DNA of 64,000 nt. Source: Adineta vaga. Its lineage: Eukaryota > Animalia > Rotifera. The notes beneath the pieces were generated by a model that saw only the letters and a program-made list of their open reading frames with translations, ran no database searches and had not been told where the DNA came from. Where the stretch lies: the NCBI GenBank assembly GCA_021613535.1, contig CP075495.1, positions 8,928,001 through 8,992,000 of the forward strand, read 5' to 3'. Shown here one piece after another: positions 29,139 through 40,322 of the stretch (position 1 is the first letter of the stretch; every line of letters starts with the position of its first letter). Position numbers and translations under genes: made by a program.

Positions 29139-31279
29139 AGAAAGACAACGAATAGTACAAAATTAAATCTCTTGTTCTAGTATTAGTGATAAACTTCCAT
29201 CTAGTCAATTATCAAATATACCATGGCGTCCTATGGGTATTAAATACACGAATAATGAAGCTTATTTTGATTTAATTGAAGAAATAGATGCTATTATTGA
29301 TCGAAATGGAGTTACAGTTATGTGTGAAATCCAAGGATATGTAAGTGAAATAAATAAATAAATATATATGGTTATTGTTATTGTCATTGCGCGATAAGTA
29401 GTATAGAAATTTAAATTTGAATAATAAAAATAAGTTGAAGTATACGTTTGAAATCTATATATTATTTTTTATTAAAACTTAGTGTTATTATGTCGCCTGA
29501 GAGTGCCAAAGATCTATCGAGTAGAATGATATCGGGTGTAACATGGCGTAAAATGGGCATTGTACATCGTGCAACAAATGAGATTTTACTTGACGTTATT
29601 GAAACACTCGATGCCATTGTCGATCAACGTGGAATGATTATTACTGCCGAAGTCAGCGGTGTGGTACGAGTTTAGCCGCACATATACGCAAAGTTTTGCA
29701 CAATGCTAAATGAAAAATTTTCTCAGATTTTATCGAAAAAAGATGCTGATTCTATTTGTTATGATTGAATTTCTTTTTCCTCACAATGATTGAACGCTAA
29801 TGTTTTGTGTGTTTTGTTTCTGTTTAGATTGATTGCTGTATTAAATTAAGTGGAATGCCAGATTTAACATTATCCTTTATTAATCCACGATTACTGGATG
29901 ATGTTAGTTTTCATCCATGTGTACGATTAAAAAAATGGGAGGTAAAAACAATTGGTTATCACGAAAAAATTCTTCCATTCTATCGAAAAATATGATTCAA
30001 TTTTTATTTAGGGTGAACGTGTTTTGTCATTTATTCCACCGGATGGAAATTTTCGTTTAATTTCCTATCATATTGGCTCACAGAAGTAAGTTATTGATGA
30101 TTGTTTGTTTAGCATATTGTATTTTTTCTGTGTCAACAGATGTCAATTAGAGTAAGTTAATTGTCATTGTATGACGAAAATATATGTGAAGTTTTTCCCT
30201 ATAATAAAAAAAGGAAAACTACCGCTTTATATAGATATGATTAGAAATTCATATTTCATATGAAGATAGTCCAAAAAAAACCTCTAGACATGCACTTAGT
30301 GGTTGATGTATAGGATCTTTTAAAATTCTTCTATATTTGTATAGATTTTATTGATATTGTGTTTCTTGTCTAAACCATTCCCTTAGATTCATCGTTATAC
30401 AGTGAAAAGATTCAGTTTTTATAGTCTATAGAATGCATAATTAATTTTAGACAACCTTGCCATTGTGATATCAAAACACCTAATACATATTTGACACTTT
30501 CTCAAAGCTTTGACTTCTTTGATCCTTCATTTTTCAGTTTGAATTAGACTGGAATAGAATTCTATCTATCGTCACTTGATCTTACCTAAAAAGTATCAAA
30601 TATTAGAATTCTTATGCTAATTATTAACAAAGAAACTGAATAATTTTACTTGTGATAATCTTCAATTTCCCTTGTAGATAGTGTTACCTGAATAGTATTT
30701 AAAAACCTGTTACTTAGATTTCATTTCAAATCCGTAAAAATTGATATTTATTCTAGTGCAATATCAATTCCAATCTATGTTAAACATAATATTCAATTTC
30801 GTGAAGGTAGCAGTGGACGATTTGAATTAACTGTTGGACCGAAACAAACCATGGGCAAAACTGTATGTCTTGATCTTTTCATTTATCATACATTCTTACT
30901 TTTTCTCGTATAGCTTGAAGCTGTAGTTATCGAATGTTCAATGCCAAAAAGTGTTCTCAATTGTACTTTAACACCAACACAAGGCAAATGTACATTTGAT
31001 CCAGTAAAAAAGATTCTGGTTTGGGACATTGGTAAAATAGAAAGTAATACACAAGCTGCAGCTCGTTTACCATCTTTACGCGGCAATATTGTCTTAGCAA
31101 CTGGTCAACCACTACCAGAATCCAATCCGATATTAAATGTTCGTTTTACATTAAATCAAATAGCAATATCAGGCATTCGTGTACAACGTGTTGATATGCA
31201 CGGAGAAAAATATAAACCATTCAAAGGCGTCAAATATATCACAACAGTAAAAAATGGTCGATTTCAAATTCGAACATAG
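28370..31279 (+). CDS. AP3M1: AP-3 complex mu subunit, multi-exon with a duplicated internal exon
   Basis: Contains MIHSLFIINGSGDVFMEKHW, ELLDEMLDSGLPLATETNILKELIKPP, IPWR..KYTNNEAYFD, LSGMPDL, FIPPDGNFRL and YKPFKGVKY..RFQIRT. Confidence 0.95.
29483..29663 (+). other. Alternative (putatively mutually exclusive) exon B of AP-3 mu
   Basis: AG acceptor at 29481-29482 and GT donor at 29664. Encodes VIMSP..VTWRKMGIVHRATNEILLDVIETLDAIVDQRGMIITAEVSGV, homologous to exon A (29181-29340) with the same splice phases. Confidence 0.85.
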
Positions 31280-31498
31280 ATTTCTTCAATGATTTTTTCA
31301 AAATTTTGTTTGTGCAATAGAGAAAAAACCCAATTCCTAATGAATGTCGTTCCGTATTTTATGATTTGATTTCTTTTCTTTTTTTTTGTAATTATACTGT
31401 CTTTTAGTTTCAATTGCTGATTAGACAAAAACGAAAAACACTTCAGAAATAAATCGATAGATTTTTTTTCTTCTTTTAGATATCTAAGTTTCAAATTC

Positions 31499-31780
31499 AT
31501 GGGTAAACGAGGTCGAAAACCAATCAAAAGTGATTCGAATACGCGATTAGAGAAAAGTCGTGAAAGTGCTCGACAATGTCGTCATCGAAAGAAACTTCGC
31601 TACGAATATTTAGAAGAACTTGTTACTGATCGAGAAAAAGCAATTATTCAATTACAACAAGAACTCGAACGTTTACGAACAATTTGTCAATATTTGGATC
31701 AAAATGGTGTCAATAATGAAATACGTCAAGAATTATCTCAATGGAAAGATGATCCTGATGTAATTAATTTGATCAAATGA
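31499..31780 (+). CDS. CREBL2: CREB-like 2 / REPTOR-BP small bZIP protein
   Basis: GKRGRKP..RLEKSRESARQCRHRKKLRYEYLEELVTDREKAI matches the CREBL2 bZIP. No intron is evident in the CDS. Confidence 0.88.
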   Translation: MGKRGRKPIKSDSNTRLEKSRESARQCRHRKKLRYEYLEELVTDREKAIIQLQQELERLRTICQYLDQNGVNNEIRQELSQWKDDPDVINLIK

Positions 31781-32014
31781 AATTGACAAACCAAAACAAA
31801 AATTTCGAATAACAGTTTTCTTCTTCTTCGTATTTTCTTTATGTAAAAAAAACACACATCCGGTTGGTTTTTGTCAAACAGTAAATTTTGTCAATGTGCA
31901 ATTAATGCACGAACAGTATTTTCAAAAATATATTAAATCCGCAAATATTTAAATACATTTCATTCATTGTATTTTCAGATTAGAAAATTCAAACTTCTCT
32001 TTACTTTTATCATC

Positions 32015-32727
32015 ATGGTACGAAAATTACGTTTTCATGAACGTAAATTATTGAAGAAAGTCGATTTTATCAATTGGGAAGTTGATAAAAATCTTCATGA
32101 AGTAACGGTAATGCGCAAATTTCATATACAAAAACGAGAAGATTATACAAAATATAATGATTTATCTCGACGAATACGTGATCTTGCACGTAAAATCAAA
32201 GAATTAGATGCCAATGATCCATTTCGTATTGAAGCAACACGAACATTATTAGAGAAATTGTAAGCAAACAATTCGAATGCTCTCATTTCTGTTTATTCTC
32301 TTTTCATAGACATGCAATTGGTTTAGTTCCAACTCGAGAAAATCTCGAACTAGTTGATAAAATCACTGCTAGCCGATTCTGTCGACGTCGTTTACCTGTA
32401 ATAATGACGCGCAATCATATGGCACAACATTTACCAGGAGCAGTGAAATTCATCGAACAAGGCCATGTACGAATTGGACCTGATATTGTCAGTGATCCAG
32501 CATTTCTTGTTACGAGGTAAATTTAACTTTTCACGAGTAGGTTTTATTTGAAAATTTTCTTCTATGATATTTAGAAATACAGAAGATTTTATCTCTTGGA
32601 CTGATAATTCAGCCATACGAAAACAATTATTAGAATATCAAGATATGGTAAGAACGAGCTTACGAACTAAATTTATTATTTCTTCGATTTGTTTTTGTTT
32701 TCTTTTTAGGAAACTGAAATTGTTTAA
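32015..32727 (+). CDS. IMP3: U3 snoRNP protein IMP3, 4 exons
   Basis: Contains [38 protein letters not shown] and [23 protein letters not shown]. Confidence 0.95.
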
Positions 32728-35700
32728 ATTCACTGTTTTGTTGTTCTTGTTCTTGTTTTGCTAATAAAAATAAGGCGAAAATAAACATATTTGAAATGAA
32801 TTTCTCGAGCTTTTCATGCATTATTGACAATAGAATTCAGTCATTCACGTAACAACTTCAATTAATTTTATTGATCAAATATAAGAAACATATCTGAATT
32901 ATTATTGTTCGATGATATTATGCTAATTTTTATCAAACCTTATATTTTCATTAATTGCTAAAAGAACGAATAACAAAACATGTATTTAAAACTTTGATCT
33001 ATCAAATTGAAAAGTCTATTCTCTATTCAAAATGATTTAATAATGATGAAATAATTTATTTGAATTAAAATTTACAATTTGTCATTGTTGTAAATATTTT
33101 TTCATGAAATATTTACTAAAATCAATTGAGACATCGTTGTATTCAAAGTTAAGAGACAAGATTAATGCAAATTGATCGTACTCTCTTACTTTCGAATATG
33201 AGAATCGTTTTTACATTGAAAATAAAACGAGTATTGTAAAAAAAATGTTTGATGAAAGATTTGATCAAGTTCAAATGCGATTTTTCTCGTAAAGTTTACA
33301 TTCGTTATTCATATGAAGATTTACTAAGAATAAAACGGCATCAATTAGTTTCCATTTTTGATTTGGTAACATTTGTTCACTAAAATCCATTATTCGTCTT
33401 ATCTTTTATTTCATTATTCATATCATACAATCAAAGTTTCAATCAAATGTGCAACATATCAATGATAATGATTGACAGAACATGCCTACAATATCTTAAC
33501 AATGTTTGTTCTCAAACATACTTTCATTCACAATGAGACCTATGCATACAAAAGGTAAAAACTAATAATATCTATAGGAAAACTTTTCTCTTCTTCATCT
33601 TTCAGATTATTGAATAATGAACAGATGGCATTGTGTATTCATCTCAATTTTGTTTCCTCGTCTCACTCTTAAACTTGTCGTTCATATCGATATCTGATTA
33701 AGGTGCACATTGATATATATATATATATATCCATTCATTTCTACAGAACGGGAAAAGCAAATATTGACTGACGCCAAGAAACCTTCATTTAGGTATCGAT
33801 TACTTTTTTTTTCTGAAGGTCTATGATCCGATTACAGCGAACTCTTGAATAAATTTTTTTTTGTTCTAACAAGAAGGAAAAAAAAAGAAAAGATGCATAA
33901 ATGGATGTTAAAGTAAGTCTAAACGGAAACGGAATGAATTTGCTTTGCTTTTTTTTCGTATTTACTTGTGATGTCAGTAAGAGGAAATCGAATGTAAATT
34001 TTAATCATCTTCTTCCATCTTATTCTATGTTAACGAACACAATTGATCGATCATCAATCGAATGTGCCGACAACGGAACTAACCAAAGACATCATTCGTA
34101 TGTTTGCTCTGAACAAACGTCTCCGTTTGGTCTCTTATTCTTTTCTCGTCACGATCCGAAATTGATGTATGATGATGAGGTGTGACCAAAGTTTATTCTT
34201 TGCTCATTTTTAATGAAGAAAACTTCTTCTTCGTCAACTGTTCTAAAATTGACGAGAGAAAAAAAACCATCTGTTAGTTATTTCTAAGAACAAAAAATAA
34301 CAACAAGTCAATCGGGTACAAAAATTTGAAGAGTTAATCCTTCTTCGTTTTCCAAGCCGGAATAATGTTAATCAAAAAAGAAGAAGAAGAAGATTGCTTG
34401 ATCTTTTGTTTGAATGAAGCTTCGGCTGCTCAATTCATTTTTGACCTTGTTTCTACACGTATACACTTCTTCAAGTATATTTGACAAAGCTATGTATTGA
34501 ATGAAAAGAAGAAAAAAAACGAAGAATTTATGTTAAGCTTTGAGAGTCAACACTAAACTAAGTAGAATATACAAATAACACTCATTCAAACACAAGAGCT
34601 GATTGTCGTCGTCATCAAGTGATCAAATGTGATAAAAGCATTTCTTTTTGAGGTGAAAGAGAGAGAGCAAGAGAGATTGAAACGAAAGAACCAAACGACT
34701 ACGTCTTAACAAATTATCATTTTAGTAAATCCTTTTCTTCTGTTTTCTACATCCGCCTTTTTTGGTATTTTCACAGTTTGTAGTGAAAAAGGAAATGGAT
34801 TAATGTTTGTTATTCATTTGATGATCAAAAGTAATTGAATTCGAAAGGCAATGCATCATTTTCTTTCCGAAACAATGTTTGTTTTCACTCAGAAAAAGAA
34901 AGAGAAGAGCGACTCATCATCATCACCATGATTAGATTGACTTGAAGACACACCTGTGTGAAATGGCAAAAGAAGAAAATCAAAGTTTTATTCTTCTTTT
35001 GATCCAATTGAATATTATTGTTACGTCTTGACATATATATCATCTTAAGAAGAAAACAAAACAAAATAAAACAAGAAAAGATGTCACAAAATGAAATTCA
35101 CTTGCTTGTTTAAGAGCTGTAGTTCATTTGAACAACAAAGATTTCACTCACTTTCATTCGATTTTAATATCGGCAATTGATTACAAGTCGTGTCACGTAC
35201 AATGAATCCCTAGAACAGACTTCTTCAGAACTACTAATGAAGTCATTCGTTCAACTTCATTTAATGGCATGAATATCTTCATGAAAGATTCGTTTTCTTT
35301 CTCTCTCTCTCCCTCTCCCTCTCCCTTTCCTTCTCTCTGTCTCTCCTTCATAAAAGCTTGTATGTCTCTATTAAGGTTCTCGAATTACTTTTTGTTCGTA
35401 TATTTACCTTGGGCAACCGTACATAATTTTTCTTTTTTTTCTTTTACTAACATATTTTCAAAAAAATGTAAGTAGTTTTTAAAGTTGATTAGTAGAAATT
35501 TTGTTTAGATCTTCTCTTTTATTTCTTAATAAACATGATGTACTCGACTATATTGACATACTTGTTCTTGATGACAAAATCTTTCGAACTAATTTTCTCT
35601 TCTCTTTATACATGACTCATAAAGTTTTCATATTTGTGTATATATACATATTCTCTCGTTCTCTTAAATAAAATTTACTTTTTGAAAATGAGAATCATGT

Positions 35701-36945
35701 TAAAGAGAAAGAACGACGATGAGAGAGAAGAAAAAGAATTTTCATGAAGAACTATATCGTGTATACTCAACAACAAAAACAACAACGAGATGAATCGTAC
35801 GAGACAGGTTCATTTTTGAACATATTCTTCTAGGTAACAATGTCAGTTAGAATATATGATGAACTTGATGTGAAATTGATCATCGAACGATCAAGCAATG
35901 AAAAAATAAGAATAAGAATGAAAAAACATCTTCGACAGGTGAGAGAGTTACCATATCTCTAACGATGTGCTAAGATTTATTCTTCAATTTCTTTCTCCTT
36001 CTATCACACCTTCTTGATTATCATCGTTTCACTTCGTTGTTTTGTTTCTGTTGTTTGATAATCCAATAGAAATATAAATTTTAGACGTGATTATTCAAGG
36101 TATTCAAAGCTTCTTCCTCAATTTACATACAAATGTAGAAAACGGAAGTGCAACAACACATGCAGTTCGTCCCTTCCCTTTTTCTAAACTAGCTAGATAT
36201 ATAGACACATACACACGTCAGGGCGGGATTAGCGACGATGACTACTACCTTTATATTTGTTCAATTTGCACACGTACATTGAGAGAGAATGAGTGACCAG
36301 TAGAACGAATCATCTATACATTCTTGTTAGATATGACAAACATCGAAGGTATCACGCTCTATAACTATCAAGGAAATGTTTATAGAAAGGATTTATTCGT
36401 TTACATGTGAATCATCAGGGTCATTCGTTTCGTTTTCTGAATAACCTAAAAACGAATCTACTTTTATCATTGAAGATCGGCTTATAGAAAAGAAGTAAAA
36501 TATCTTACTTATCCGTTTTAACAGAATCGAAAGATAAAATAGCTCAAGAAGATAGAGAGAGAGAAGCTTATAGATAATATAAAACAAACAAATCTATCGT
36601 TATCACAGTTACTCGAAATGTTGAAGAAGTCGATATTTATTGCCACTTCCACATTTCATTTTATCAAGTATATAATAAATTAATTTTGTTAAACTTCAAG
36701 TATGATCACGTTCTATTCAATCAATACGATTACACTCCATAACACCTACTCATTATGATAGGTTTCTTTCCCAGAAGAAAGAAAACGAGAAATCTTCGAG
36801 GATTTATTCTATTTTATTCTTTCTTATTGTTGGAAGAAAAAGTAACGGAATTTGAACATTCCATTGATAAAGATAGATGTATGAGTGTGTGTGTCAAGAT
36901 ACATTATCGTTTGATTCGTTTATTGTTGTTAAAAAAAAGAATATG

Positions 36946-36980
36946 ATTGGCCAATAGAAAATCAACATTACGATTGGTTG
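36946..36980. promoter_or_regulatory. CCAAT-box cluster upstream of FoxA
   Basis: Palindromic ATTGGCCAAT at 36946-36955 and a second ATTGG near 36973, about 550 bp upstream of the FoxA ATG. A further GCCAAT lies near 37225. Confidence 0.4.
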
Positions 36981-37191
36981 AAGGTCGTTAAGGGAAGCAG
37001 AAAAAAAAATTGCGAGAAGGCTTCTTCTCTCTTTCAAATTAATAATTGCAATATAGAACTTTTTTTTGCACTGTCGATCGAGAAGAAGTAAAAGTTTTTT
37101 TTTCTTCTCTTTTCTCTTCTCTCTCTCTCTTTTTTTTCTCTTTCTCTCTCGCTCTCCTTCTCGTTTGCGATAAAGAGATGTAAAATCTACA

Positions 37192-37221
37192 GAAGAAGAA
37201 GAAGAAGAAGAAGAAGAAGAA
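37192..37221 (+). repeat. (GAA)10 microsatellite upstream of FoxA
   Basis: Directly visible perfect trinucleotide run. Confidence 0.9.
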
Positions 37222-37525
37222 GGAGCCAATATTATTCTAGCAAGCAACAATCAGCAACGACGACGCGCGAAGCAAATATTGTTTCCATTTATTTGTAACG
37301 CACAAACATATCCACGCGCGTGTACATGCACGTATCGTACACATACAGAAAGATTTTTTCAAGAAGTTGAATAAAAAAAGTATGTGTGTCTATTCGATTA
37401 TAAGTACATATTAACAAAACTAATATAAATAACTTTTTTTTTATTGATAAATGAACATAGACAGTTGATTTAAATAAAAACAAAAATAAACATTCGATTT
37501 TTTTTTCAAATTTATTTACAGTTCC

Positions 37526-39084
37526 ATGTCATCCTCACCGAAAACATCAGGGAATTATCAAACCAATTATTCCTATCAACAATCACCTTATGGAAACAAT
37601 CCTACAGGACAATATTCTCTTGTTCCACCACCACCGCCATCGCATCATCATCAACAACTAGTCAATACTAATGGTCAAACATTATCACCAACATCTTTAT
37701 CTATGGTTTATAATAATGGTCAACAACAACCAACATCATCATCGTCACCTTCTTCTTATGGAACACCTCCATCATTAAATGTTCTTCATACACTTTCACC
37801 AACTCGTTATCAAAATCAACAAATTAATGATAAAATCAATAACAGTTCAACAACAGTTATTACCAATGGACAAGTACAGTCAATGCCAGTTAATAATGTA
37901 GCAAATAGCGCAGCAGCCTTAGCTGCTGCAACAGCATATCGAAGAAATTTCAATGCTTGTGCGAAACCACCATATAGGTATTTTGATTTATTGAAAATAT
38001 CTTTCTCATACTTATCTCATCAAATTCTTTTTTTTCTTTATTAAAAAAAAACAGTTATATATCATTGATTACAATGGCAATACAATTATCAGCAAATCGT
38101 ATGTGTACATTGTCAGAAATCTATCAATTTATAATGGATTCATTTCCATATTACCGTCAAAATCAACAACGATGGCAAAATTCTATTCGACATTCATTAA
38201 GTTTTAATGATTGTTTTGTTAAAGTACCACGAAGTCCTGATAGGTAAATTTAATATTTCTAAGGGAGAAGAAAAACAAGAAAGTTTTATCTATTTTGTAG
38301 ACCAGGAAAAGGTTCTTATTGGACGTTACATCAAGATGCAACAAATATGTTTGAAAATGGATGTTATCTTCGCCGACAAAAACGTTTTAAATGTAAGTCT
38401 CTAATCTTGTTATTTTAAAAAGATTTTTGATTTTATTCTGTGATTTAATAGCTTTTGTAGGTAATAAACGTGACATGGGATGTCGTATGCCACATGATCG
38501 AGATTCTAATAACAATAGTCGACGTAATGGAATAAATAATAGTCTGGACAAATCGACAACGTCAACCGGCAGTGGCCAACGAAGTCCACTTTCATCAGCA
38601 TCGGATAAATCTTGTGATGAACAACTATTAATGATGCAACAGCAACAACAACAACAACAACAACAGCAGCAGCAGCAACAACAACAAAGATCAATGTATA
38701 TGCAGCATCATCAACAACAAGCATTATCAGGTAGAATAAATTCTTTCTTTCTCCTCAAATAAATTTACTTTATTAGCATCAGAATCTCCAGATTCACGTA
38801 ATTTACAACATACATCATCAACATTAAATGCAGCTGTTGGTGTTAAACAACTTAAACAGGAACAGTGTGAATTTAATCAAATGTCATTTGACCCTCATAC
38901 ATTCCCTGGTTATTCACCATTTGCTATCAATACACTTATTATGCATCAAGGTTTTGGTGATAATCCAGCAGCATTAAATGCTTATTATGCATCACAACTA
39001 CCCCAAACCGCTTTTGTTCCATCATCATCAACTGATTATTATCACCATTCGGCAATGTATGCACCACAACCAACTGCATTATAG
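37526..39084 (+). CDS. FOXA: Forkhead box A (FoxA/fork head) transcription factor, 5 coding exons
   Basis: Forkhead domain [65 protein letters not shown] and C-terminal eh1-like motif PFAINTLI. Confidence 0.95.
38637..38687 (+). repeat. CAA/CAG repeat encoding a 17-residue polyglutamine tract in FoxA
   Basis: Visible mixed CAA/CAG run, in frame in the ORF at 38427. Confidence 0.9.
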
Positions 39085-40322
39085 AAAACAAAGAAGAAGA
39101 AAACTTTCTTTTAATTGTGTTTTGTTTCGTTTTTCTTTTCTCGTTATGTCTACCTGTAGATATTTGATACACATTCCATCTTTACACCTCCCTGCATTGT
39201 CGCTTGACTCCATTTCTTTTTTCTTGATCTATATCGCTTTTTTCTCTTGCTGCATACTTACCCTTTAAAATCATTTTTTCTTTTTCTCTTTTTCGTTCGT
39301 CCCTATTTCCCTAATTCACAACATATAATACAGAGAATTCTATTTTGTATTTTCTTCTTGATCTTTATATTGAAAAAAGAAATTATTGTCATGTTCTTTG
39401 TTTTCTCTTTTCTTTTCTGTTTCGTCTACATACCGATGGAATGTACAATCGCATGAGATATGAATTTTATTATATACTTAAATGTTTTGTTAAATAAATT
39501 ATTTGACAAATGATCTATATTCAAGTCGATAGAACTTATTTTTCAATGGTATGAGAGAGTCAATCAGATATTATTACATATGGTATATGTACATCAATCT
39601 TGTTGAATTATCATAAAAGATTTTCTTAACAATAAGTAAAAAACTTGCATTTTGAATATACTAAATGATGTTTTTTCTCTATATTCTCAAAGCAGAATAT
39701 CGTCACTAGCATATCTATTAAGTAAATACAACTGATCCGTAATGAATCTTGATTTATAATCAACAAAAGTCAGTATAGATTGGCTTACATATGAAGAATT
39801 ACTACGACTAACAAGATATAAATAAAATAGATCAAATGAACATCTTATAGTTAAAAAAGTGTCAATCAGATGAATATTACTATAGTTTCTCTTTTTGCTT
39901 AGTAAAAGTTAGTTTTTAAGTTTAACTTTCTTTGTATATTAGAATTCATAGGAAATCTTATGAACAATCAGTTATATTAACAAAAAAAGAATATATTACT
40001 AAATTCATACTTTGAGATAACCATCTGTGAAAGTACAAAATAGTTACAGTAATAAACAACAAACTTCATCTTACAAATAGCGTAACTGGTTGTTTTCACA
40101 TATGTATATATATATATATATCTAACAGAAGAAAAAGAGTATATTCACACAAAAATGAAAAATCAACAAACAAACAACTTCAATAATACGTGCACTTTTT
40201 CTTTTCACCTAATTTTCAAAAGATAGTTTAAATAACAAAACGAAAAAAAACAAACTAACTTTCTGCAATTAACGAAAACATGACAAATGAGAGGAAAAAG
40301 TAAAAATATCAAATAAAAAATA

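Noticed and set aside
32640-32727. IMP3 ends ETEIV instead of the usual RDDF-like tail
   Set aside because: This is minor terminal divergence, and the last exon is only inferred.
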